Positions 29,010-38,625 of a stretch of 64,000 nt of DNA are shown here, piece by piece. Made by a program: the position numbers and the translations under genes. Below the pieces are notes generated by a model, which was not told the origin of the DNA, ran no database searches, and saw nothing but the letters and a program-made list of their open reading frames with translations. This DNA is from Candidatus Hydrogenedentota bacterium (lineage in GTDB: Bacteria; Hydrogenedentota; Hydrogenedentia; Hydrogenedentales; JAEUWI01). Every line of letters starts with the position of its first letter. Within the stretch, counting starts at the first letter, position 1. The DNA is taken from assembly GCA_034669905.1 (NCBI GenBank), contig JAXMOL010000018.1, positions 32,001 through 96,000 of the forward strand, written 5' to 3'.

Positions 29010-30290
29010 CTATCGAGACGTGCGGGGGAAACGCCAGGCCAGCACGAGTAAGGCGACGAGGCCAAGCAACACCGTCTCCCCGATGTGATTCTTGATGAGT
29101 AGTCCCGGCGTTTCGAGGGTCAGGTTGATGCCGCCGCCCTCAGGTGCAGGCGCGCGCTCTGCTGCCGCCACGACGGGTTCATTCTCCAAGGCGTCGGTAC
29201 CGAGGCCAAAACGCGTTTTCAATTCCTCCGTGCTCGCGCCACGACTGACCGCGGCGAGGATCAAATCCCCATCCTCCCGCTCCGCCGCAGCGCAGACGAT
29301 ATAAGAATCCGGGAAACGCTTCGCCCGCTCTTCCTGGTAATCATGCGCGTAGTAGACCCGGTTGCCCCGGGCTTCAAATTCGTGGACGTCGCGACAGATG
29401 GTCTCATAGCTGAGTGGATTCTCCCCGATCTCCAGAGCGATGTCCCCTGTCTTGCCACTCGCTTCCACAATGGGCTGGATAGTGGTGATCTGGTTTTCCA
29501 TCAGCAAGACGGTGGAATCCTTTCGAAGCGTGGGAAAGCCCGTCAGGTCGGAGATCTGGTTGCGACGCAAATAGATGCGCCGTACGGAGTCTATTTCGGA
29601 GAGGGGGGATATATCCGAGACCTGATTGTCGTCCAGATAGATGTCCTCGAGCGCATGAAGGTTCTTCAAGGGGGCCAAGCTGCGTATCTCATTGCGATTG
29701 GCCTGGAGTACGCGCAACTTCGTCAGCGGCGCGGCGAAGTTCAAATCGGTCAACGCCATGGAGTGCAGGTTGAGTTGCTCGAGACTTGTCAGGCCAGAGA
29801 GCGGGCTCAAATCCAAAAGCTTGATCCCACCCAGATTGATGGAGCGCAGCTTGCTGAGACCCTTAAGGGGCGAAAGGTCTTCCACGGGAATTTCTTGCAG
29901 ATTTAATTGGGTGAGATTGGTGAGTCCACGCAAGGGGGATAGATCGCTCACTTTTGTCCGGTAGAGCGAGAGGCTCTCCAACGCAGGCATCTTCGCGACA
30001 CAGGTGATGTCGGTGATGTCGTGCTCGTAGAACCGCAGTGACGTTAAATTAACGCAATGCTCCAACCCTGTAAGGTCACGGAGCTCCGAGCGTTGAAAGC
30101 TCAATTTGGTCAACCCGGCCAACTCGGCGGGCTCGATGGCACCCGTGGGCTTATTCAATTCCTCCCGGATTTGCGCCTCCAATAACGGGTCGGGAAAAAC
30201 GACACCCCCGTAAACCGGCACAACCATAACCAGTAGCAGACACAATAGCCCCCCGACGGGACGGTGGATACGCGAGAATGATAACGCCAT
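29010..30290 (-). CDS. Internalin-like leucine-rich repeat surface protein
   Basis: Signal peptide, VVFPDPLLEAQIREEL cap, 22-aa LRRs (LSPLxGLTNLTQLNL), C-terminal TM anchor. Start MALSF at 30290. Confidence 0.85.
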   Translation of the reverse strand: MALSFSRIHRPVGGLLCLLLVMVVPVYGGVVFPDPLLEAQIREELNKPTGAIEPAELAGLTKLSFQRSELRDLTGLEHCVNLTSLRFYEHDITDITCVAKMPALESLSLYRTKVSDLSPLRGLTNLTQLNLQEIPVEDLSPLKGLSKLRSINLGGIKLLDLSPLSGLTSLEQLNLHSMALTDLNFAAPLTKLRVLQANRNEIRSLAPLKNLHALEDIYLDDNQVSDISPLSEIDSVRRIYLRRNQISDLTGFPTLRKDSTVLLMENQITTIQPIVEASGKTGDIALEIGENPLSYETICRDVHEFEARGNRVYYAHDYQEERAKRFPDSYIVCAAAEREDGDLILAAVSRGASTEELKTRFGLGTDALENEPVVAAAERAPAPEGGGINLTLETPGLLIKNHIGETVLLGLVALLVLAWRFPRTSR

Positions 30291-30756
30291 GGAACACACC
30301 CTTTCAGCCGCAATCTGTCGTTCAGTAGGTGGGGTGCGAAACAAACGAGCAGGTGGCCCGTCACGCGCCCCTTCGTAACAATAGAACAGTACTCCTTTCC
30401 CTGTCAACCTTCACGGCGTGACGAAATACCAGTCTCCCGAAGCGCCTGAATCCCTCGGCCCCCGATGGAGCGCCATCGACCCAGCGGCAGAGGGGGGGAC
30501 GCGCATTTCGAGTCGCTGGGGCATTTTCCTGAATCTTGACATGGGTAAAATCCATAGGGATACTATAGAAGTAGTTGATTTTGTGAAAGGTTTGGTTTTA
30601 TTGCGGCAGTCGATAAATTGCTTATCGGAACGGCAGGAGCAAATCAATGTGGGGTCCGAATGTCTGGGGGTGGAGTCGGGGTGTTCTCCCTCTACAGAAA
30701 ATGGGTTAACGGTGACTGTCACTATTTGATTCCATGCAGCGTCTATCACTATCGAA

Positions 30757-33177
30757 ATGACAGAAGACAAGAGCCTCACAGCTGTTTTCAAGCCGGAATA
30801 TACCCTTACGGTGGAAAAAGTGGGTGGCGGCGAAGTCAGTCCAGCCGTAACGCCGCCCCTCCATACCTATCGCGAAGACGAGGTGGTGACCCTTGGTGCC
30901 GCCGACACCGACGAATGGATTTTCGACCACTGGTCGGGGCATGCGTCGGGTTCCACCCCGTCGACCAGTGTGACCATGACGGCCAACCGCGCGGTGACGG
31001 CCCACTTCGTGGAGGGGGTGAAGATCACCGTGGAGACCGAAGGGTCGGGGTCCGTCTCGCCGGGCACCGATGTGTACTCCAAGGGCGGTACGCGTACCTT
31101 CACGGCCACCCCAGCGACGCCGGGGTGGCGTTGGGGCCATTGGGAAGGGGACCTGGCCGGAGAAGACCCCAACGATGCGTCGTTGGAGCTCCCCATGGAC
31201 CAGGCACGGACGATTACGGCGGTGTTTATCGAGCGGGTGACGCTGACGGTGAATAAGGACCTCACAGGGAATCTTCCGGCGGTTGGGGGGACGGTTTCGC
31301 CCGCCGAAGGGGACTATGAACACGATGTGGATACGCCGGTGTCCCTCTCCGCCGTGGCGGAGCCAGGTTGGCGTTTTAAGGAATGGACGGGGGCCATCAC
31401 GGGCACGAACCCCAATCCGCCTGCCCTCGTGTTGGATAGCGATAAAACGGTCACAGCCCACTTCGTCGAGCGGCACACGGTCACGTGGGCGACCATCTAC
31501 GACGGCGATGTCACGCCAAACAACAACAGCACGTGGGATCACGGCACGACGGTATCCTACGAGTGGGACAAACATAACCGCAAGGAAGAGGATTTCTCCC
31601 ATTGGGAGGGCCTCCCGGAAGATCAATTCCCCAGCGGCCCTTTCGGCCCCGGAACGGCCAGCAACGAGCGGATTTCCCTGACCATCAACGACGCCTACCA
31701 TTTGGAGGCGTATGATGAAAGTCAGCTCGTTACGCTCACGGCAGATGTGGACGCGGAGGGCTGCGCGGGCTGTAGTGTCGACCCGGAGACGGAGGAGTAT
31801 GTTAAGGACGACGTGGCCACTGTGACGGCCACAGCGGGCGCCGGTTGGACCTTCGACCACTGGGAAGGCGACGTGCCCGCGGGTGACGAAGAAGACAATC
31901 CGTTGAATTTGACGATGGACGACGACAAAGATATTGAGGCGGTGTTTAAGCAGTTGTACGAGCTCGAGATTTCGCAGGATGGATTGGGAAGTGTAGATCC
32001 TGCATTGGGTACTTATATACATGTCGATGGCGATACAGTAAGTATCGAAGCCGTCCCGGCGGAAGGATTCGTGTTCGATTATTACTCTATAACAAGTTGG
32101 TCACCCTACGGATACGAGAGCAGCGAATCAAATCCACTTAGTATATTGATGAATGCGAAAAAAGACGTCACGGCGGTCTTCAAGGAGGTGTTTGAACTGA
32201 ATACCGCAAAGTCAGGCCAGGGAATAGTCGAGCCTGAAGTGGGAGTGCCCCATATATATCTTGATGGGGACTATGCATCACTCAGCGCGTCTCCTGCGGA
32301 AGACTGGTCGTTCAGTCATTGGTCGGGATTGTCCGAGACAGACTTCCCCAATGGGCCAGAGGGTCCAGGCACTACCAGCGCGAACCCGTGTACATTGAGC
32401 ATGAATCGCGATGAGAATGTGACAGCGAACTTCGTGGCGGATTGTTTGCTCTTTGAGTTTCCTGAACCGGGTATATCACTGGAGTTGCCTCAAATTGTAA
32501 AAGAAGGGGCCAACAGACTTGAGTCTCTCGGTAATACAGCGTTCGGGGGGTTCAAATTCAAACTTGGTGGGAACTATCAGGAAAGGGTCACGGAATGCCA
32601 GAATATCGACGGATCTCGCGGTACCGCAACCAAGAAAACTGGTGAAGCAACTCTGAAATTCCAGAAAACTGATATTCCTCTCTACTGGGGCATAACGAAG
32701 GAAGTAAAGTCACGAATGTTTGGCAGGAATTACAAAGTCAAATTCACAGGAGGCCTTCGTGGCGATATTGGTGTGGATTTGATCGGGCAATACGAAGTGC
32801 TTGAGTATGCTTGCCCGTGCTTGGACGAAGATGAGTGTTTTTCTGGCAGAGGTACTTACAATATATCTGGGGGCGTTTCTGGTGCAGTAGATTTCGGAAC
32901 GCGGTTGGTCGCGGCGTGGGATACAATAAGCGGCAGAGCTGTCGAAGTGGAGTTCTGTGATATTAACGTTGCAAACATCGCGATGACGGGGCGGTTCGGA
33001 GTGGAGAATCGTTGGGAGGGGTGTGACGGCCAAGTGTGTGTCAGTGCGTACGTTGATCCCATTGAATTTACCTTTAAAGTGGCTATCAAAGGCCTAGTCT
33101 GTAAAGCTATTAGCGTCAGGTATCCAGACGATGGGTCGAAGCTCTGGGAGCCCCTTGAGTTGTGCAGCGAGCCGTAG
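30757..33177 (+). CDS. InlB B-repeat (Listeria-Bacteroides-type) protein, 5'-truncated, with a Cys-rich beta C-terminal domain
   Basis: Seven ~75-aa repeats (G.V.P...Y..G..V.L.A.P..GW.F..W.G...M...K.VTA.F). The ORF begins in the last strand of a repeat after an in-frame TGA (30727-30729) and has no signal peptide. Unique domain from ~32440. Confidence 0.75.
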   Translation: MTEDKSLTAVFKPEYTLTVEKVGGGEVSPAVTPPLHTYREDEVVTLGAADTDEWIFDHWSGHASGSTPSTSVTMTANRAVTAHFVEGVKITVETEGSGSVSPGTDVYSKGGTRTFTATPATPGWRWGHWEGDLAGEDPNDASLELPMDQARTITAVFIERVTLTVNKDLTGNLPAVGGTVSPAEGDYEHDVDTPVSLSAVAEPGWRFKEWTGAITGTNPNPPALVLDSDKTVTAHFVERHTVTWATIYDGDVTPNNNSTWDHGTTVSYEWDKHNRKEEDFSHWEGLPEDQFPSGPFGPGTASNERISLTINDAYHLEAYDESQLVTLTADVDAEGCAGCSVDPETEEYVKDDVATVTATAGAGWTFDHWEGDVPAGDEEDNPLNLTMDDDKDIEAVFKQLYELEISQDGLGSVDPALGTYIHVDGDTVSIEAVPAEGFVFDYYSITSWSPYGYESSESNPLSILMNAKKDVTAVFKEVFELNTAKSGQGIVEPEVGVPHIYLDGDYASLSASPAEDWSFSHWSGLSETDFPNGPEGPGTTSANPCTLSMNRDENVTANFVADCLLFEFPEPGISLELPQIVKEGANRLESLGNTAFGGFKFKLGGNYQERVTECQNIDGSRGTATKKTGEATLKFQKTDIPLYWGITKEVKSRMFGRNYKVKFTGGLRGDIGVDLIGQYEVLEYACPCLDEDECFSGRGTYNISGGVSGAVDFGTRLVAAWDTISGRAVEVEFCDINVANIAMTGRFGVENRWEGCDGQVCVSAYVDPIEFTFKVAIKGLVCKAISVRYPDDGSKLWEPLELCSEP

Positions 33178-33251
33178 TGAATTAAATAGTTATATGTAGT
33201 GTCCCCCGTTCGCGTGTGTTTGATGGAAGGCTTGTTGGAATTATGCTAGAA

Positions 33252-34448
33252 ATGAAAATCCAGAGATTGGAACGTGTCATGAGATTCTTCGCATTCGTAA
33301 TTGTAATTTTCCCGTCGCTTTGCGCCAATGTTCTCGGGGAGGACCTGGAGCCATTGACAGAACTTACCTGGTCGGCCAAAGGAAGTGTTGATGATGAGAC
33401 AGAAGTGGACCTCGCATTGGCCTTGTCCGCGCAGGGTAAACGGTTCAGTATTAACTATTCCACAGTGCTGGTAAATGTGGCACCCACTTACGACAGTCCA
33501 CTGGACGCATGCGCGGCCACAATTCGAGCGGGTATAGAACTCAACGAAAATTGGTGGGGGGGGCTTTCGGCGCCGTGGAGTGCGCGGGACGAGGACGGGC
33601 TTCCCCTGGCTAGTTACATGCCTGATAGCACGGAAAATCTCTATACCGCGTTTACCTATCACACGGAAGACAGTACCGTAGGTCGTCCGACGGATGCTCA
33701 AATCAAGGCCTATCTCCGTGTCGGCGGTGCACACGTCTTCGATATCGAATGGACGGAAGTGTGCAATGGGGAAACGACTACGGGTATTCGATACATCCTT
33801 CCATTCCAGGAAGGGCCGTCGGGGCGATATCGATTCGCCCCGGAGTGGCTCGACGCCTTTGATGGAATTAAAGACTACCTGACGCGTACGGAACCGGAGA
33901 CGGCGGCGCTTGCTGCGTATCGGACAGCGAACTCCGATACCAGCCATTCGATCCCCGTTTACCAACTTTTCGGTGGCGAAGGAATCTCCTATCCGCTGAC
34001 GATCCATTTTCGCGGAAGCCCACTTTCCGACTCACCAAACCAGGTGCTAATAGCGGACTTTAGAGCAAGTTATATTGACGCGGTTTCGCAAGTTCCGACA
34101 GCCGTGGAAGAATTTGGAGGCAGTGACGCACGAGATCTTCTGGCCGATCTGCATACGGCAAGTGGCCTTGCCATGCTGGATGAGCTCGGTTACCACGGGC
34201 GTATCCGGCATCCTTTCGGTGATTCTCCTATCTATGTGATTGATAGTCCAGACTATGTACTGCTTTTCCACAAGGGGAATGAGTCCGTAGGAGTCGCAAG
34301 GGGATTCGTTTCGCTTTACAAAGATGGACCACAGTTTAGGTGGACAAATTTCAACACCACGAACCTGCTTGATAGCTTCTTGGGTTCACCCACGATCTGG
34401 CCCGCGCTCAATTCGTACATTGAATCCCAGATGGCGCAGGGGGAATGA
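33252..34448 (+). CDS. Hypothetical secreted protein (possible cognate partner of the upstream C-terminal domain)
   Basis: ~400-aa ORF with signal-like MRFFAFVIVIFPSLCANVLG and visibly lower GC than neighbouring genes. Start uncertain (33216/33243/33252/33279). Confidence 0.6.
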   Translation: MKIQRLERVMRFFAFVIVIFPSLCANVLGEDLEPLTELTWSAKGSVDDETEVDLALALSAQGKRFSINYSTVLVNVAPTYDSPLDACAATIRAGIELNENWWGGLSAPWSARDEDGLPLASYMPDSTENLYTAFTYHTEDSTVGRPTDAQIKAYLRVGGAHVFDIEWTEVCNGETTTGIRYILPFQEGPSGRYRFAPEWLDAFDGIKDYLTRTEPETAALAAYRTANSDTSHSIPVYQLFGGEGISYPLTIHFRGSPLSDSPNQVLIADFRASYIDAVSQVPTAVEEFGGSDARDLLADLHTASGLAMLDELGYHGRIRHPFGDSPIYVIDSPDYVLLFHKGNESVGVARGFVSLYKDGPQFRWTNFNTTNLLDSFLGSPTIWPALNSYIESQMAQGE

Positions 34449-34488
34449 CACAAGGAAAGCAACAAGGAGAATCATCATTTAACTTTTT

Positions 34489-34825
34489 GAAACGACAGAC
34501 GACAAGTCGGTTACCGCAGTCTTTGAGCAAAAGCGGTTGACGGTGACGAAAACGGGCGAGGGTCAGGTGACGACCAATCCCTATGGAAGCACGGCCACGC
34601 CCACCTTCACCAGAGACTATGCGCCTGGGACCAGTGTCACCCTTACGGCGGTACCTGCGGCTGGCTGGGTCTTCAAGGGCTGGTCGGGGGGCGCTTCTGG
34701 GACCAACACTTCGACGACTATCGTGATGGATGGGGACAAAAACGTCCATGCCCGTTTTGAACAATTCGCGTTGACGGTGAACAAAATCGGCAACGGGCAG
34801 GTGTCGACTGTCAACGGACCGCCAG
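34489..34825 (+). pseudogene. Orphan InlB B-repeat fragment
   Basis: After an in-frame TAA: ETTDDKSVTAVFEQ-KRLTVTKTGEGQV...YAPGTSVTLTAVPAAGWVFKGWSGGASGTNTSTTIVMDGDKNVHARFEQ-FALTVNKIGNGQVS, then similarity is lost. No start or signal peptide. Confidence 0.7.
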
Positions 34826-35021
34826 CGCTTCATCGTTTGCGGTGTGCGTTGGGCTCGCAGGCTTACCGCCACAAATTGAGTGTTCTTGTGTTTCGATTGC
34901 CGATTCCGTATGGTTCTAACGTGCACGGCACTGGGCTGCCGGGCCAGCGATTCTACGCCCCTATTACCCACGAATATTGGCGAAACTAATTTTCCGAGAA
35001 CGTAACGAGGCCCCAAAACCG

Positions 35022-35858
35022 ATGACCAATAAGCACATGTTTCCCGCACGTCTGAAGGTTGCTATGGCTATCCTGGTCCTCCTGGCCCTGTCTGCGGGTG
35101 CCCTTGCCGCCGAAGGGGCGGGGGACTCGATGGCCGTACGCGTCGCCTCCTACAACGTGGAGTACGGCAAGAACGCCACAGCAGAAGAAATCGGGGCCAT
35201 GTTAGCGCCCTACCACCTCGATATCATCGGATTCTGCGAAGCCCCCGATGGCGATTGGACGGCGCGGGTGGGCAAGGTCCTGGACATGCCCCACGTCTAC
35301 GTCGGAGCGATATCGTCGGCCCACCACAAAGACAAGTACAAGACCATTCTCAGTAAAACGCCCCTGGAAGTGACCGAGGAAATACCCATCCATGGCGGCG
35401 CTGCATGGAATCCCGCGTCCGCCGTCCGCGCGGTGACCACCGTTCGGGGTATTACCCTTGCCTTCTATTCGCTCCATATTGCAGGCTCCGACGGGAAGGT
35501 CGGGCACGCTGCGGAATTGGCCACGAAGGTCCTGCCCAAGGAAATAGCGAAACGCTACATCGTGGTGGGGGACTACAACAACCAGCGCGGCGAACACGCC
35601 ATGGACATCCTCCTGGCCACGGGCATGAAGATTACGTGGGATGACCTGGGCATTGACGTGGCACCGCGCTACACCTACAACGCGATGAAACCGGAAATCA
35701 ATGGCGGCGTCATCGATCATATCCTCTACAACACGGCATCTGGTGGAAAGGCCACCGACGGCGGCATTATTGAACTCGAAAAGCCCCTCTCCGACCACAA
35801 ACCGGTCTGGGCGGAAATTGCGTTCCCAGTCGAAACCGAGACACAGACGACAAAGTAA
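35022..35858 (+). CDS. Secreted endonuclease/exonuclease/phosphatase (EEP) family protein
   Basis: Signal peptide; RVASYNV, DIIGFCE, VVGDYN, IDHILY, LSDHKPVWAE. Confidence 0.85.
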   Translation: MTNKHMFPARLKVAMAILVLLALSAGALAAEGAGDSMAVRVASYNVEYGKNATAEEIGAMLAPYHLDIIGFCEAPDGDWTARVGKVLDMPHVYVGAISSAHHKDKYKTILSKTPLEVTEEIPIHGGAAWNPASAVRAVTTVRGITLAFYSLHIAGSDGKVGHAAELATKVLPKEIAKRYIVVGDYNNQRGEHAMDILLATGMKITWDDLGIDVAPRYTYNAMKPEINGGVIDHILYNTASGGKATDGGIIELEKPLSDHKPVWAEIAFPVETETQTTK

Positions 35859-36031
35859 GAACGAAGTTGGCGCGTTCCCACCACAGGGACTGCCTTCGCG
35901 CTGAGCGGCCCTTCGGACAGCGTGTGGTCGTTTGGGGTAAATGTATTTTTTGCGGATTCAATAGGGGAGTCGATGCGCGAGGCTGTCCCGGCTGTATGGG
36001 GAGATCCTGAGTAGCGGGGCGTTCCCTCATC

Positions 36032-36270
36032 GTGGGATAGCCGTCTTGGCTGTCATGGCGTGTCGTTGAGTCAACAAGATGGCGGGATGTTCTTGTCCGA
36101 CAGCGCCATTCATGACCCTGGCGCACGTGGCAATCTCGCGGATACCTTGCCTCAGCCTGGAAGGCTAGGCCACTTTGGTGCGTCGCTCAGCCTCAGAGTC
36201 GTTCGCAGTTTCCCAAGTGGATGTGGGCCCCTTGCGGGCACCCTGCCTCGGACAGGAATGTCCAAGCTCC
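36032..36270. repeat. Degenerate REP-like palindromes
   Basis: GTGGGATAGCCGTCTTGGCTGTC (36032), CAGCCTGGAAGGCTAGGCCAC (36153), and the inverted pair GGATGTTCTTGTCCGA (36085) / TCGGACAGGAATGTCC (36248). Confidence 0.45.
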
Positions 36271-36287
36271 TTTGATCTGTCCGGCCC

Positions 36288-37724
36288 CTACGCCATCAAC
36301 TCCGGCCGCACGTGGCCGTGTACATCGGTCAATCGGAAATCGCGGCCCTGGTAGTGGTGGGTGAGCTTTTTGTGGTCGAAGCCCATGAGGTGGAGGAGCG
36401 TAGCCTGGAAATCGTGGACGTGGACGGGTGTTTCGGTGATGTTGTAGCCGAGTTCGTCCGTTGCACCTACCTGCGCGCCCGCCTTGACGCCGCCACCGGC
36501 CATCCAGATCGTATAGGCACCGGGGTGGTGGTCGCGGCCCAGGAACTTGGAGCCGTTGCGGGCTTCGTTCATGGCCGTCCGTCCGAATTCGCCACTCCAG
36601 ACGACGAGGGTGTCTTCCAGCAGGCCCCGTTGTTTGAGGTCCTGAATCAAGGCCGCCATGGGCCGGTCCGTCTGCTTACACTTCAAGGGCAACTGGGTCA
36701 CGATATCGTCCGTGGGGCCCGTGCCGTGGGTGTCCCAGCCCCAATCGAACAACTGGACAAAGCGTGTGCCTTTTTCCACCAACCGGCGGGCCAAGAGGCA
36801 GTTGTTGGCGAAAGAGGACTTGCCCGGTTCCGAACCGTAGAGTTCGTGGATGTGGGCAGGTTCGTCGGCGATGTCCATGACTTCGGGGACGGACAACTGC
36901 ATGCGGTAGGCCAGTTCATACTGGGCGATGCGCGTCTGGGTCTCCGGGTCGGCATCCTGGGCGAAGTGCAGTTCGTTGAGTTCGTTGAGGGCGTCGAGGC
37001 TGCGGCGACGGGTGCTTCGGTCCATCCCGGGTGGGTCGGAGGCGTAGAGGACAGGGTCGCCACTGGTACGACATTGGACGCCCTGGTGCACGGTGGGCAG
37101 GAAGCCGCTGCCCCAGACGCTCTTACCAGCCGAGGGGGTCTTGTCGCCCGAGACGAGGACCACAAAGCCGGGGAGGTTTTCGTTTTCCGTGCCGAGGCCA
37201 TAGGTCAGCCAGGAGCCCATGGAAGGGCGGCCAAGCCGGGGCGAGCCGGTGTAGAGAAACAACTGGGCGGGCGCGTGGTTAAACTGGTCGGTGTGCATGC
37301 TGCGGACGACGCACAACTCGTCGGACACGCCCTGCAAATGGGGGAGGAGATCGGAAATCCACGACCCGCTCTGTCCATTCTGCCGGAAGTTATGCGGCGA
37401 ACCGAGAATCGTGGGGTGCCCTTTGATGAAGGCGAAGCGGGCGTTGTCCAGGAATTCCTGGGGACACAACTCGCCATTGAGTTCATTCAACTTGGGTTTG
37501 TGGTCGAAGAGGTCGAGCTGAGTCGGGGAACCCGCCATATGGAGATAGATGACGCGCTTGGCCTTGGGGGCAAAGTGGGGGCCACGGTGCTGCAGATTGG
37601 GCACGGCCGCGTGTCCGTCCTGTCCGAGCAACATGCTGAGTGCCGCAGCGCCGACACCAGCCCCGGTGCGTTGGAGGAAGTGCCGTCGGGTGAGTCCGCG
37701 CATATGTTCCATTTTTGGATTCAT
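36288..37724 (-). CDS. DUF1501 domain protein (Tat-like RR leader)
   Basis: LTRRHFL, KAKRVIYLHMAGSPTQLDLFDHKP, WSGEFGRT, GRDHHP, FRLTDVHGHV. Start MNPK at 37724. Confidence 0.9.
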   Translation of the reverse strand: MNPKMEHMRGLTRRHFLQRTGAGVGAAALSMLLGQDGHAAVPNLQHRGPHFAPKAKRVIYLHMAGSPTQLDLFDHKPKLNELNGELCPQEFLDNARFAFIKGHPTILGSPHNFRQNGQSGSWISDLLPHLQGVSDELCVVRSMHTDQFNHAPAQLFLYTGSPRLGRPSMGSWLTYGLGTENENLPGFVVLVSGDKTPSAGKSVWGSGFLPTVHQGVQCRTSGDPVLYASDPPGMDRSTRRRSLDALNELNELHFAQDADPETQTRIAQYELAYRMQLSVPEVMDIADEPAHIHELYGSEPGKSSFANNCLLARRLVEKGTRFVQLFDWGWDTHGTGPTDDIVTQLPLKCKQTDRPMAALIQDLKQRGLLEDTLVVWSGEFGRTAMNEARNGSKFLGRDHHPGAYTIWMAGGGVKAGAQVGATDELGYNITETPVHVHDFQATLLHLMGFDHKKLTHHYQGRDFRLTDVHGHVRPELMA

Positions 37725-37886
37725 GATGGTATCTGACCTCATTTTTGACTGAATCAATGTTAACCGACCGGCTTTGTCGGTGAGAATTCACAAGCCTTGG
37801 CGGCTCCATCGGATGCTAATGGTGGTCTGATTTAGGCAGATGGGTCATTGCCTCCAATGCGAAAGTTCAACCGATATCCGATAGAG

Positions 37887-37967
37887 CTCCTCTCCTTGGA
37901 GGGGCTGGGGGTGGGTCAAGTCGAAAAGAATGTCTAAAACCCACCCCTAACCCCTCCAAGGAGGGGA
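37887..37967. repeat. REP-like inverted repeat (CCCCTCC..GGAGGGG..GGGGTGGGT type)
   Basis: CTCCTCTCCTTGGAGGGGCTGGGGGTGGGT vs ACCCACCCCTAACCCCTCCAAGGAGGGGA, with a 22-nt spacer. Confidence 0.75.
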
Positions 37968-38094
37968 ATTGCTTGGCGGATTTGCTGAATAATACTGTCG
38001 AAAATAAATTCCTTCAAACTTGGTTCATACCACTAGAGTGACCACGACCATTCTAATCTCCAGTGTCTCACAAGAATTTCGCTTGCCGGGCTTG

Positions 38095-38483
38095 TAGTCC
38101 CGGAGGGGCGGTATATCGTAGCCCAGCGGCGAGCGTAGCGAGTCCTGGGTAAAGGATGTCACGAGAAACCAGTAGTCCCGGCGGGGCGGCATAAGGCGTT
38201 TCTGGCAACAACCCTTGGTCAAAGGATTTGTACGTATAGTACCTCAGATGTTCAATTTTTTCTAACGATCTCAAGACTCAGGGCCCCAAGGTGATGGGAA
38301 GCAAGCCCTGGGAACGTGGACTAAACGTTCAGAGAGCTCCTGCGCGGTGGCATAGAAGTTCCGGCGATGAGGCAGAATCTACCCTGTGCCGCCCCGCTGG
38401 GACTGGCCCCGGGTGATTGACCGAAACCCAGGACTCGCTACGCTCGCGCCTGGGCTACGATATGTCGCCCACTTCGTGGACTA
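38095..38483. repeat. Large REPIN-like inverted element (~95-nt arms)
   Basis: Left GGGCGGTATATCGTAGCCCAGCGGCGAGCGTAGCGAGTCCTGGGT...AGTCCCGGCGGGGCGGCA; right TGCCGCCCCGCTGGGACT...ACCCAGGACTCGCTACGCTCGCGCCTGGGCTACGATATGTCGCCC. Confidence 0.75.
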
Positions 38484-38625
38484 ATCGACTCTTTTTCGGG
38501 GGCTTCCTCGTATCACTGGCGCTGCCGGTTCGTGCTTATTTTCAAATGTACAAATCGTGGCGTGTGCAAGCGGACCCTACACCGTGGGTGCCACGGACAT
38601 GCCCTGGACTTATTGGGACTCGTAA

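Noticed and set aside
30418..30756. In-frame upstream ORF separated from the B-repeat gene by a single TGA (possible selenocysteine or read-through)
   Set aside because: The upstream peptide has no signal peptide or convincing repeat, its composition looks intergenic, and no SECIS-like hairpin follows the TGA. Truncation is the simpler explanation.
34446..34541. Short ORF overlapping the partner gene's stop (ATGA) that could frameshift into the orphan B-repeat frame
   Set aside because: No canonical X XXY YYZ slippery site or stimulatory structure was found, and the product would still be a dead-end fragment.
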